The notes under the pieces: generated by a model
What the model saw: only the letters and a program-made list of their open reading frames with translations
The model's database searches: none
What the model was told of the DNA's origin: nothing
Shown here: positions 11,201 to 19,675 of the stretch, piece after piece
Layout: each line of letters begins with the position of its first letter
Position numbering within the stretch: position 1 is the first letter of the stretch
IMG/VR virus record: IMGVR_UViG_3300045988_176106
Length of the DNA stretch: 64,000 bases
Source: a virus
Direction: 5' to 3' (one strand)
Made by a program: the position numbers and the translations under genes

Positions 11201-11858
11201 TGATAACGCTGACAATAAAAAATCTACAATCTCTGCAGAAATGAGAGTAAGTAGCAAAGGTGTTAATAGCTATGGTCGTGTAGTGTTATTTGGCAATAAC
11301 AACGAATCTATTGAGGGACTTATACCTACAATTGGCGGTAAACGTGCTGATTACTTCTATATCATACAAAGAGGAAATCAAAATACCATTTATATAAATG
11401 GATCTAAAGCAGTTACAACCACAGATGCTAAGATAACAGCTGGTACAGCAGATTTAGATGGTGCCACCAAAGTTATGTTAGACCAATGGTTTAGAATATC
11501 TACACATATTACAGCTAAAGGTAAATCACTTGCAGTTGGTAGTAGATATTCTAATGGAGCCGGTAATTTAGCATCAGATATGGTTGCTAGAGGCAACTTC
11601 ATAGTAGATAAATTTATCGAAAGATCTGAAGAAGAGATGGCTACTCTATCAGTTAAATCTGGAGTAGAAGATCCGGAAGATCTTCCTGATAAAAGAGAAA
11701 TAGTATTCTCTATGGATAATGCGAATGCCGGAGACAATAAAGTTCTTGGAGATAAAGCAAGCGATAATGCAGTTATAGAATTAGCTAGTACAGAATCGTT
11801 AGATTTATCTGAAGCAAGATATGCTCCGGATGGATTTAAATTAGTAGGTGCTATTTAA
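8205..11858 (+). CDS. tail fibre / tailspike-like receptor-binding protein
   Basis: 1217 aa, Gly/Asn/Tyr/Trp-rich. ATG lies 2 nt after the upstream stop. The C-terminal ~200 aa look like a ConA/LamG-type jelly roll (by eye, weak). Confidence 0.5.
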   Translation: MATDEQLATIVNKSVLKIGKDQFKLKKELPVTIRESFYDEETSKGLAEKRKQTLLNEAALKWPLHDEDKVFYLEDWFEGEERERIISGFYEKNRSRDAETNHSIILQQAFDAIPDGSIIKTRKTSRFLIDKNENYMVDEFSFKVLENGVYKKISRVEQSDGPDTRSQLQKQLAEAGELRHEDLGLELRPMQPCVYIHHKRRLYIDFNGTMFIVKKLGQSAFYLGSHDGYNSGNHFIKDFGIFTTRWFQERGYKGGKKGFMPPIDGWSEEHPNHGNGYSTKGYWKFGFNTSNYTIDLSRFDNNSAITENIQETPALTKLITRDILNRVYENGNDAGLQSDPVTKLSGQELNARSRVSPGGYVNTKTGKHEFPQEDGTTAERWGTWGGMQYGSNGNAITIFGDEDTVIMDFLAEGFHGGAIVYGRLGRIDGVSVERGDIKTAEANGLVARRQYLLGGNGRYNYTGIVGLNRVDRIVISGLECDGIVGHPDWHVQHSRSGTSTNIDPGYGLWVSRSLPMTDIRAEHNNFGVCARKVMDAHCGSKIYYRWNKGTAGYYGVSVVVGESLATGDDGVTEELLTHTYSDSVMDISYNTFTVGVMGLHFSNGDLGPNERRRLNKWWLRGNFIVHGNNIYAPSGLYYNYGHYGFSIKDNVFTYALPFGESYGSRAVRSIRVTKPGTGYKIHDRIVIDDSYESTGSYDARGCFGWVTEVDANGGIKAVGLNRGHDYYKAPRVSHVITENGTGAEFETSTINGSAAVTMGAWRHRGPAFGDKIVDNRIRNSRDGNFAYAFNLYSLVNATITGNIVESSPYYTIDPVMKETLTMPYASKRAFRSGIETNPYYMDTSDGGTGVIASKWDNNWMVNDANGKYSYIKEPPTNKDTYGVDGNMFRGNNYKAITVPVREDKNPDKELIMPAFDASEERIIFNFKGDKRDDYAWDTNKKYPVVPFITITNQVNRYANPEWYYIDPYRDRGRLVTLVGRINGTPVTGGQIGLLQIDFGDNADNKKSTISAEMRVSSKGVNSYGRVVLFGNNNESIEGLIPTIGGKRADYFYIIQRGNQNTIYINGSKAVTTTDAKITAGTADLDGATKVMLDQWFRISTHITAKGKSLAVGSRYSNGAGNLASDMVARGNFIVDKFIERSEEEMATLSVKSGVEDPEDLPDKREIVFSMDNANAGDNKVLGDKASDNAVIELASTESLDLSEARYAPDGFKLVGAI

Positions 11859-11868
11859 TAACTTAATA

Positions 11869-11889
11869 AGAGGGGTTAATAGCCCCTCT
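11869..11889 (+). terminator. stem-loop after the fibre gene
   Basis: agagggg-ttaatag-cccctct, a 7-bp GC-rich stem 8 nt after the stop. No clear U-run follows. Confidence 0.35.
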
Positions 11890-11902
11890 ATAAAGGTAAA
11901 TT

Positions 11903-13102
11903 ATGTTAAAATTCGTTAGAACAGGCAGAAAAGAAACTTCTTATTCAGCTGGCCTACATCCAGTAATAAAAGCAGGACTTAGAGCTGGAAAAGGAGAACA
12001 TACTGTATTTGTTCCATTTAGATTAGAATCTATCAATACACAGCATAATATAGGCGTATTGGTATCTGGTAATGGATACTCTCATGGTATAGTTGTTACT
12101 GACCCAACAAAAGAAGGTAAAAAGTTTAAAATAACAAGTAATGTAGATAGATATAATATCTATATTAATGGGGCAAAATATGATGGTAGAGAACTTGACT
12201 TCGGGCAAATTTATACGCTATCATTCTCTGCAGAATTAGGTACACTAGTACATCTTGGAGCATCTAAACTTGTATCGGCAGATTTCTATCAAGGTATAAA
12301 AATATTTTCAGAACGAAGAGTAGATGATACAGAGATAGAAGGTGAACATATATCTTGGTTAGAAAAATATGGCGAGGAAAAAACTAAAACATTAGCAGCT
12401 ATTGAAGCAGCTAAACTAAATCCAGTTAAACCTAGTCCAGTAACGCCAAGCCCAGTTACTCCAGTTACACCTGAAAATCCTAAACAAGATGATCGAGCCA
12501 TTAGAAACAATGATATAAACTCACTTGAGATAAATGAAAAAGAAAAGCTGGGAATATATACATTTAATTACAACGGTGCATACGGCGGATTAGATTCAAT
12601 AGGATCAGATGGTGCAGGAGTACTTACAATTTCCATAGTTCCATCTAATCCTCCTGTAGTAAATTATTCATTATTTAATTCAACTGATGGTGAGGGAAAT
12701 AGTAGCACCTCTGGACAAACATCGCCAGCAACTTCAGAAACTGGAACGCCACCTGTTGTAGAAAATAAACATGAAGGATCTGGAGAACAAAACACTACAG
12801 CAACAGAGCAGCCTAATTCTGGCACAGGTACTAATACCCCATCTAGTGAAAATGCCCAGCCTGGTAATAACTCTGGAACAGAAGTAAATCCGCCAGTAGC
12901 AAATACACCAGAAACGGGTAGTGAAACTGCAAAAGAAGAAACTGTAGCAGAAAAAGAAGCTAAAGGTATATATACTTTAAATCTTAAAAATGCAACAGAA
13001 GAATCAGTTAAATCTGACGGAGAAGGTTTAACAGTTAGAGCAGTATACTCATCTACTCCAGTAAATGGATATAAACTTCTAGTTAAAGAAGAACAACAAT
13101 AA
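11903..13102 (+). CDS. fibre-module protein with an N-terminal lectin-like domain and a Pro/Ser/Thr-rich linker
   Basis: 399 aa. The PVKPSPVTPSPVTPVTPENP linker echoes the one in 6922-8202. A low-complexity Ser/Thr/Gly/Pro/Asn segment follows. Confidence 0.5.
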   Translation: MLKFVRTGRKETSYSAGLHPVIKAGLRAGKGEHTVFVPFRLESINTQHNIGVLVSGNGYSHGIVVTDPTKEGKKFKITSNVDRYNIYINGAKYDGRELDFGQIYTLSFSAELGTLVHLGASKLVSADFYQGIKIFSERRVDDTEIEGEHISWLEKYGEEKTKTLAAIEAAKLNPVKPSPVTPSPVTPVTPENPKQDDRAIRNNDINSLEINEKEKLGIYTFNYNGAYGGLDSIGSDGAGVLTISIVPSNPPVVNYSLFNSTDGEGNSSTSGQTSPATSETGTPPVVENKHEGSGEQNTTATEQPNSGTGTNTPSSENAQPGNNSGTEVNPPVANTPETGSETAKEETVAEKEAKGIYTLNLKNATEESVKSDGEGLTVRAVYSSTPVNGYKLLVKEEQQ

Positions 13103-13116
13103 TATAAGGAATAAAA

Positions 13117-13671
13117 ATGTACTTTTTGCAATCAAAAACTAATCAAGCTGGTTATGGACACTATCCTAGAATTGACGGACTAGATATCCAAGCTGGAGAA
13201 CAAATTACAGCAGTAATACCGGTAAGATTCCATGACGCTCCTGTAGAAAGAACAATATTACTTGGCTCCGTAATTGATTCACCTAGTGGCGAAGAGACTA
13301 GCGGAATAGGATATTTAACTATATACAAACGTGAAGTAGATGGAGTTAAAAAATTCTCTATTGCTGCTACTAGCTGGACAGCACAATGGGACGAATGGAC
13401 AAATAAAAATAGTCCACGTACAGTAGCAACTCCTGGAAACCAAAATGAATTAACATACGGAACAGAGTTTAACGCTGGAGAGTGGCACGTACTTGTAGTT
13501 CAAGGACTAACTAAAACCAAAGGCTTACTATTAGGATCTGGACATAAGTCACGTTACGGTATAGAAGCTGACTTTGGTGAAGGTATGATGATCATCAAAG
13601 GTACAGTTAAAGATGAAGTAATTGACAAGTATGTTAAATACATTAAGGAAAATACACTTCCACAAAAATAA
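13117..13671 (+). CDS. fibre-module accessory protein (LamG/ConA-like by eye)
   Basis: 184 aa. The NAGEWHVLVVQG segment is typical of a LamG-type strand. It is co-oriented with the fibre genes and shares their GC-richer composition. Confidence 0.4.
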   Translation: MYFLQSKTNQAGYGHYPRIDGLDIQAGEQITAVIPVRFHDAPVERTILLGSVIDSPSGEETSGIGYLTIYKREVDGVKKFSIAATSWTAQWDEWTNKNSPRTVATPGNQNELTYGTEFNAGEWHVLVVQGLTKTKGLLLGSGHKSRYGIEADFGEGMMIIKGTVKDEVIDKYVKYIKENTLPQK

Positions 13672-13797
13672 AAGATAAATTTAAACTAATGATATAAGAC
13701 AGGCAAGGTGGTTTTATATCTATTTGAGGAGTTTAAGTTATCTTTTATAAGGGGCGCCTACTTAAAATGGGCTGCCCCATTAATAAGGAATAATACA

Positions 13798-14136
13798 ATG
13801 GCTTTATTAAATAAATATGGATATATCCTGATAGGAATAGTATTAGTTATACTAGTGTCTCTATTTGCAATAAAATCATATGGGGATCTAAAATTTAATG
13901 ATGGATATATAGCTGCACAAAAAGCATATGATGATTCAAATAATAAATTAAATGCAGCAATGAATGACATAAGATATGAAATCAGTAAAAACAATTCTTT
14001 GCAAAAAGAAGAATTTAAAAAAACTGTTGAAAAGCAGAATTATCAACTGATTGAAATCTTAAAGGGTGATTTTTATGATCAAATTTGTGTTAAACAAGAA
14101 GTAGTAGAATCACTTAACAATCGGGGCAAAAAATGA
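13798..14136 (+). CDS. i-spanin (inner-membrane spanin subunit)
   Basis: Internal ATG at 13798 preceded by aagga. It has a single N-terminal TM segment (YILIGIVLVILVSLFAI) followed by a charged coiled-coil. ATGA overlap with a lipoprotein gene. Confidence 0.6.
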   Translation: MALLNKYGYILIGIVLVILVSLFAIKSYGDLKFNDGYIAAQKAYDDSNNKLNAAMNDIRYEISKNNSLQKEEFKKTVEKQNYQLIEILKGDFYDQICVKQEVVESLNNRGKK

Positions 14137-14405
14137 AAAACGTATTATTACTTTCACTACTATCTGTATGCCTATTAGGATGCAAATCATTATACAACCC
14201 TAACCTAACAAACAAAACAAAAATAGAAATACCAGAAGAAATCAGACACGGTGAATGTGAAAAAGATAGAGCATTACTAACAGGTAATACTTCTAGAGAC
14301 TTAGTAAACTACGCTGCTTCACTTATTGACCATCTTGAACAGTGTAAGATAGAAAAAGCTTCACTGATTAACCAAATTGACAAAATAAACGGTGAGTTAA
14401 AATGA
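14133..14405 (+). CDS. o-spanin (outer-membrane lipoprotein spanin subunit)
   Basis: Signal peptide plus lipobox (MKNVLLLSLLSVCLLG|C). Small periplasmic protein, coupled to the i-spanin gene. Confidence 0.7.
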   Translation: MKNVLLLSLLSVCLLGCKSLYNPNLTNKTKIEIPEEIRHGECEKDRALLTGNTSRDLVNYAASLIDHLEQCKIEKASLINQIDKINGELK

Positions 14406-14827
14406 ACACAAAAACAGCAACATTAACGTCGCTTGGAAATACATTATATACATTATCTGAATCATATGTTGCTGGCTCATTACAAATCAATAGGTCTGGA
14501 CACAGGATAGACGAATTAGATCCTAGTGCTGGATTATTCCTGATAGAGCCACCTATAAATCAAGATGAAGAATTTACTATTACCTATAAAACAGGTGATG
14601 GAACAAATACAAATGTAACTAAAACTACATTTGTTGAAAATTTATCAAATTCAACTTTAACAAAGATAATTAAAATTTTGGGCGAAATAATATACGCACA
14701 AAATAGATTATCAAAAGAATTAGGTAAAAGAGTTACATATACAGAAATACATGATACTCTAGGCGATTTACAAAGCAGGGTAAAATTGTTAGAAGAAAAA
14801 GCATCATTATACGAAAGATTAAAATGA
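14402..14827 (+). CDS. hypothetical protein in the lysis cassette
   Basis: 141 aa, ATGA-coupled on both sides. No TM segment or motif seen. Confidence 0.45.
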   Translation: MNTKTATLTSLGNTLYTLSESYVAGSLQINRSGHRIDELDPSAGLFLIEPPINQDEEFTITYKTGDGTNTNVTKTTFVENLSNSTLTKIIKILGEIIYAQNRLSKELGKRVTYTEIHDTLGDLQSRVKLLEEKASLYERLK

Positions 14828-15615
14828 GTTTAACTAAAAACAAATTAATACAACATGCATTGGGCTTAGAGATAGATGGAGTAGTTGGTCCAAAAACAAT
14901 AGCAGCAATTAAAGAACTTCAATCTAAAAATGGATTAGTAGTTGATGGTGTTGCCGGTAATAAAACAATGCTTTATGTATATGCAATAATTGCAGAGAAA
15001 GAGCATAAAGAATTAAATAGACAAGCATTTTTCAATGCACTAAAAGAGCAAAAGCTATTTTCTTCATTTACTCAATCTCAAGTAGATGGTATCAACACTA
15101 TACTAGATGTTATAAGTAAAAATACTATAACTGAACAAGCATATATGTTGGCCACTATTTATCATGAATGTGCTAGAACAATGCAGCCTATTGGTGAATA
15201 TGGTAAAGGTAAAAACTACGTATACGGTAAATGGCATACACACAATGGTAAAAATGCATGCTATACAAACGGGTCAAGAACTAAAGTATATTATCAATCA
15301 GACCTAGACCACTTTTACTACGGCCGAGGATATGTTCAATTAACATGGCTGGATAATTATGAAAAAGCTAAAAAATATATTGGTCAAGACTTTGTAAATA
15401 AACCAGAGCTAGCATTAGATCCTACAAATGCTGCTAAAATTATGTTATGGGGAATGACATACGGATGGTTTACTGGTAAAAAATTATCAGACTACATAAG
15501 TATGTTTGATGCCAATTATTCAGAAGCCAGAAGAATTATAAACGGCACAGATAAACAATTAGCTATTGCAAGTTATGCAGATAAATTTGAAACAGCTTTA
15601 AGAAAATCTAAATAA
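14824..15615 (+). CDS. endolysin: peptidoglycan-binding domain plus GH19-type muramidase/chitinase-like domain
   Basis: The N-terminus has the PG_binding_1 repeat pattern (LEIDGVVGPKT...LVVDGVAGNKT). The C-terminus has YYGRGYVQLTWLDNY and HECA, resembling the GH19 signature. Confidence 0.85.
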   Translation: MSLTKNKLIQHALGLEIDGVVGPKTIAAIKELQSKNGLVVDGVAGNKTMLYVYAIIAEKEHKELNRQAFFNALKEQKLFSSFTQSQVDGINTILDVISKNTITEQAYMLATIYHECARTMQPIGEYGKGKNYVYGKWHTHNGKNACYTNGSRTKVYYQSDLDHFYYGRGYVQLTWLDNYEKAKKYIGQDFVNKPELALDPTNAAKIMLWGMTYGWFTGKKLSDYISMFDANYSEARRIINGTDKQLAIASYADKFETALRKSK

Positions 15616-15624
15616 AAAAAGAAA

Positions 15625-15648
15625 GCCTATAGCAATTAAGCTATAGGC
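15625..15648. terminator. bidirectional rho-independent terminator at the convergence point of the two arms
   Basis: gcctatagc-aattaa-gctataggc, a perfect 9-bp stem flanked by an A-run upstream and a T-rich tract downstream. It lies between convergent genes. Confidence 0.75.
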
Positions 15649-15655
15649 CCTTTAT

Positions 15656-16108
15656 TTATGAGATACATTCAATAATTTTATTATAGATATCTTCTGAACT
15701 ATAATTTTCATACGCATCAAGACACTCATCTAAAGACAAAGTTCTGCTATTTAGCTTATAAACAAGAAAAGAATATTTTTCATATGTCTTAATAAAATCG
15801 TTTAACAAGGATTCACCCCAAACGCGCATATTTGATTCTATCTTTCTAGAAGCCATTAATAGACTAAGATCTTTTACTGTAGTGATACCAACAGAGTCAA
15901 TAACACCTTCAATGTCTTTTGAATTAAATAATATCTTTATTAAAAATTTAAAAAACTCAAATTCATTATTTTCAATTAGTAAACCGCTATTATACAGTCT
16001 TTCTATATTCTCAGATTGACCAGTGTCAATATCTGATAAAACATCTTTGGATATCAATACAAAGAATTTATTAATCCCGTCCTCTATATCCGAACGTACA
16101 TAATGCAT
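15656..16108 (-). CDS. hypothetical protein
   Basis: 150-aa ORF, the last gene of the minus-strand arm. No motif recognised. Confidence 0.45.
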   Translation of the reverse strand: MHYVRSDIEDGINKFFVLISKDVLSDIDTGQSENIERLYNSGLLIENNEFEFFKFLIKILFNSKDIEGVIDSVGITTVKDLSLLMASRKIESNMRVWGESLLNDFIKTYEKYSFLVYKLNSRTLSLDECLDAYENYSSEDIYNKIIECIS

Positions 16109-16227
16109 AAAGACACCTATAAATTAAAATTATTTATTATTCTTAAATAGCATTGACATGCCTGGGAGCCATGATATAAATCCGGCCATTTTTATAAAAG
16201 TAATTTTCTGGATATCCATATTAAATC

Positions 16228-17127
16228 CTATAAATCATTAGTATCTCTAAACCCTAAAAATATTGGAAACCTTGGAGCATCTTTAACTCCCACTTCAAAA
16301 CACTTAAATTTAACAAGCTTACCAATATAAGATTCTTTATTGTTCCATATTTCTAAACGCTCTTCATGAGTAAACCCAGAACCAATATTGAATTCAATAT
16401 CATTGAATTTACATATTAAAGATCCAAGTCTACCATTTGGAACTAATCCATCTTTAGAAGAAGATCTTTCAGTATGGCCAAGTTCATTCTTTTTAGCTTC
16501 ATTAAGATTCTTATATTCTTCAACAAATCCTATTATTGTAGCTTCATAATCGCTAAATCTTTTGAGTTTAAGGATTATCCCTTCTTTTAAGGTAGATCTC
16601 CCTAATTTATATTTACCATTAGAATCTCTAATCATTATACCTTCATAACCAGCATTAAGACAATACTCTTCATATTCAAGTATATCATTATTGTTATTAC
16701 AAATCTTGTATTCAAGATTTTCAAAAAGAGGGTCATCAAAAGCTGGTATAGATTTTAATCTATCTATATAAGGTTTATCAAGATTATTTATATCTAAAAT
16801 GTCAAATACGTTTATTACAAATTTATGAGAATCATCTTCTTCTTTGTCAAATGAATTAACATAAGATGTAGTTATCCTATAGACATTTGGATCAGTTTTA
16901 TCAACTACAGTTATTTCGCCATCAAAATTAATATTTTTATATTTAGAATTTGAAAATTTATTTATAAGAGCTTTATTCCGTATAGGTTTCATAGATCGAC
17001 TATATAAAGTACCATCTAAAGCTAAAACTCTTACACCATCTATTTTGGGACTACAAATAACAGGATAATTTAAATTATCTAAATGCTTTTCTTCTACAGG
17101 AGATGCGAGCATAGGTTTAATAATCAA
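16228..17127 (-). CDS. lig: ATP-dependent DNA ligase
   Basis: Motif I SPKIDGVR (KxDG adenylation lysine), EGIMIRD (motif IV), ILKLK (motif V). About 300 aa, the minimal phage ligase size. Confidence 0.85.
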   Translation of the reverse strand: MIIKPMLASPVEEKHLDNLNYPVICSPKIDGVRVLALDGTLYSRSMKPIRNKALINKFSNSKYKNINFDGEITVVDKTDPNVYRITTSYVNSFDKEEDDSHKFVINVFDILDINNLDKPYIDRLKSIPAFDDPLFENLEYKICNNNNDILEYEEYCLNAGYEGIMIRDSNGKYKLGRSTLKEGIILKLKRFSDYEATIIGFVEEYKNLNEAKKNELGHTERSSSKDGLVPNGRLGSLICKFNDIEFNIGSGFTHEERLEIWNNKESYIGKLVKFKCFEVGVKDAPRFPIFLGFRDTNDL

Positions 17128-17129
17128 AT

Positions 17130-17627
17130 TTATTTACCTTTAAGAGAATTAATAACTTCCATTACAACTCTAGAATCAAACTGGCCATCATAATTAGCTT
17201 TCATGTGCGCCATGATTTGTCCTATTGATTTCTTATCATTTAAATCTAAACCAGATGCCTCAGAAAAACTTATTACAACATTATATATCTCATCATTAGA
17301 CATTTGTTTAGGAAGAAGAGAAGATACAAATTCTATTTCATGCTCAGTCTTATTTATAAAAGTTAAAGCTTTATCAGATTCAGATTCTTCTGTATTATTA
17401 ATTCTATCAGAAAAATCAATAAGAGTTTTAGTTAAACTTTTATAGAATGATTGTAAAGCATCCAAAACAACTTTAGATTCAAAATCTTTATCTGTATTAT
17501 TATGAAGTTTACCATCATTTTCTATTTTAGAAATAATAAGTGCAAGAATATTTTCTTCTACTTTATTCTTCTTTTTAAATGATTCTACTTTAAGTAATTT
17601 AAGTTGTTCTAAACTATATTCTTTCAT
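17130..17627 (-). CDS. GatB/YqeY-domain protein
   Basis: The C-terminal segment LPKQMSNDEIYNVV...SIGQIMAHMKANYDGQFDSRVVMEVI matches the YqeY pattern by eye. Confidence 0.45.
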   Translation of the reverse strand: MKEYSLEQLKLLKVESFKKKNKVEENILALIISKIENDGKLHNNTDKDFESKVVLDALQSFYKSLTKTLIDFSDRINNTEESESDKALTFINKTEHEIEFVSSLLPKQMSNDEIYNVVISFSEASGLDLNDKKSIGQIMAHMKANYDGQFDSRVVMEVINSLKGK

Positions 17628-17647
17628 ATAAAACCCTTAAAATAAAA

Positions 17648-17669
17648 AAGAGGACTATAAAGTCCTCTT
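17648..17669 (-). terminator. rho-independent terminator
   Basis: Minus strand reads AAGAGGACT-TTAT-AGTCCTCTT followed by TTTTTATTTT. It overlaps the stop of 17655-18269. Confidence 0.7.
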
Positions 17670-18269
17670 ATTCTTTAATGCAATAGAGATAAGTTCAATA
17701 CCATCTCTATTAAGCTTTATATCACTATCCGCTATATATATCTTTTTATCATCTTTTAAAATTATATCTACTATATCAATATAAGTATTATATTCACTTT
17801 TAGCATTTTTAGACCGCATAAATTCCAATACTTCTTTTTGAAAGCAATATGGAATAGATGAGCCGAAAAAGGTAGAGAACTTTATTCCGTAAGATATATC
17901 ATATTTATCAAGTGATATACGGATAAATTTATAAAAGGTCCTACTCATTATTTCAGACCAATTATCATTTATCAAATTTCTTATGTATTCGTTTTTATAA
18001 TATCCTGATCTAGAAAGCATATGATTTAGAACAGGATCTTTTTTATCGCTTTGTAAAAGCGAGAGGCATAAATCTTTATTATTATATATTTTAAATAAAT
18101 ATTCAGTGCCTCTCAAATAGTTGCCATCTTTAACTAGATGATCCAATTTTAATCCAGAGTATAGGGTAGCTATTCCATAATCTCTGGACAATTTAGAACC
18201 AGTAAACTTGGCCAGTTTTTTAATATTTTGATATCTTAGTTTACTAGTTAAATATTTTCCTTTAGCCAT
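17655..18269 (-). CDS. hypothetical protein
   Basis: 204-aa ORF. No motif recognised. Confidence 0.45.
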   Translation of the reverse strand: MAKGKYLTSKLRYQNIKKLAKFTGSKLSRDYGIATLYSGLKLDHLVKDGNYLRGTEYLFKIYNNKDLCLSLLQSDKKDPVLNHMLSRSGYYKNEYIRNLINDNWSEIMSRTFYKFIRISLDKYDISYGIKFSTFFGSSIPYCFQKEVLEFMRSKNAKSEYNTYIDIVDIILKDDKKIYIADSDIKLNRDGIELISIALKNKRTL

Positions 18270-18445
18270 TTTGTAATCTATAGGAAGGATATTGCTTATT
18301 AAATCTTTTTTCTTTTTGAGTTATAAAATCAAGAAGAAAGTTTATTATTCTTTTAGCGACAATAAGCATTGCTTGAAACGTTAAGATACCTAAAAATTTT
18401 GAAACAGAAACCATAAAAATAAAACGAAATACTTCAATTTTAATA

Positions 18446-18703
18446 CTATTCTATTTTACTCTCATCAATGTGAAGTATGTAGCCATCATGAGAGTCCGGA
18501 CTAAGAATTGGCTCTATAGTAAACGTTGCGCCGCAACTATGAGAAATTCCATGAATAAAGTTTAATTCATGGATATCATTCCATACTAATGATAATGACC
18601 ACTCTAATGGTGTACCACAAAGGTGACATGACGTCATTAAAGCTGATTCTATTGAATCAAATTCCATACCGTCTTCAGCTTCTATACAATTACTTAATAA
18701 CAT
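18446..18703 (-). CDS. hypothetical small Cys/His-containing protein
   Basis: 85-aa ORF immediately upstream of the kinase gene. No confident motif. Confidence 0.4.
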   Translation of the reverse strand: MLLSNCIEAEDGMEFDSIESALMTSCHLCGTPLEWSLSLVWNDIHELNFIHGISHSCGATFTIEPILSPDSHDGYILHIDESKIE

Positions 18704-18705
18704 AT

Positions 18706-19260
18706 TTAATCCTGAAGGTCTTTTAAATAAGGTCTATAAATAACCTTAAGAAAACCTGCAAATCGTTCATCAAAAGTATTTTTAATAATAAATGTTTTAT
18801 CATTATCTTCCGGAACGAAAGATTCTGAAATATGAGATGATAATTCAATATCTTTAAAGTTTTTATCAGTTGCAATATTTATTATTATACCACCATTATT
18901 TACAATGGCGTCATACTCATTTTTAAATCTAACATCCGGAACAATAATTATATCAGATTTAGATTTATTAACCTTCATCATGAAGATATCAACCCATAAG
19001 GAATCAGAAACAGAGTTTCTTCCCCATTCTGTTCCAAGAGTTTGCATAAGCTTTCTTAAGGAAACTCCTAATTCTGGAATAATATCTTCTTTTGTCCCAG
19101 ACTTATAAATATGATCAACATCCACTATTGCTTTAAGCATATCTCTTACAGCATCACCAAAGGATATAATTTCAGCATTTGGATATTCAGATTTAATTAT
19201 ATCTGCGGCATAGTTTTTACCACTATGGGCTTTGCCACAAAAGCCGATTATTTTCTTCAT
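18706..19260 (-). CDS. deoxynucleoside monophosphate kinase-like P-loop kinase
   Basis: Walker A FCGKAHSGKNY, LMQTLGTEWGR, and VPDVRFKNEY, which resemble the phage T5-type dNMP kinase layout. Confidence 0.6.
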   Translation of the reverse strand: MKKIIGFCGKAHSGKNYAADIIKSEYPNAEIISFGDAVRDMLKAIVDVDHIYKSGTKEDIIPELGVSLRKLMQTLGTEWGRNSVSDSLWVDIFMMKVNKSKSDIIIVPDVRFKNEYDAIVNNGGIIINIATDKNFKDIELSSHISESFVPEDNDKTFIIKNTFDERFAGFLKVIYRPYLKDLQD

Positions 19261-19445
19261 ATTTTGTTTCCATTAACTGCAACTATATTTACAAAACCCC
19301 ATGTATCATCTACATCGATTGTTATATCTATAGTACCTACAGAAGAAGCAATAGCTTCTTGCTGCTCATCATTAAAATTTAAAGAAAAGTGAGAGAGTTT
19401 TTCTCTCCCACTTTCATTGAGTGAATATTTCAAATCAATTAACAT
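19257..19445 (-). CDS. hypothetical small protein
   Basis: 62-aa ORF overlapping the start of the downstream kinase gene. Confidence 0.35.
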   Translation of the reverse strand: MLIDLKYSLNESGREKLSHFSLNFNDEQQEAIASSVGTIDITIDVDDTWGFVNIVAVNGNKI

Positions 19446-19453
19446 ATTTATTT

Positions 19454-19675
19454 TTATAAGGTAAGATAATCTAAAGCCTTATTAATGCCAAGCATAATGA
19501 AATCTCTGGCAGTCTCAGGCTGAGGTTCAATAGGAGCGGGCTCAACATAAGTATCTTCTGGCGGAATGCGTCCATATTTTTCCATAAACCTTTCATTTCT
19601 CCAAACTCTATTATTAACTTCGGCAAGACTTTGCCCAATAGAGGCATTAACAATATCTTTTATGCTTATAATCAT
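19454..19675 (-). CDS. hypothetical small protein
   Basis: 73-aa ORF with ATGA-type overlap with the nrdA stop. Confidence 0.4.
   Translation of the reverse strand: MIISIKDIVNASIGQSLAEVNNRVWRNERFMEKYGRIPPEDTYVEPAPIEPQPETARDFIMLGINKALDYLTL

Noticed and set aside
13750-13780. ggggcgcc...gggctgcccc imperfect hairpin as a terminator of the fibre operon
   Set aside because: The stem is interrupted and no U-run follows. It lies inside the upstream part of ORF 13708-14136, which I regard as non-coding leader. I am not confident enough to annotate it.
16153-16180. Near-consensus sigma-70 promoter on the + strand (TTGACA, 16 nt, TATAAA)
   Set aside because: It points into the antisense of the ligase gene with no downstream + strand ORF. 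A single hexamer pair in an AT-rich genome is weak evidence. It could drive an antisense RNA, but this is unsupported.
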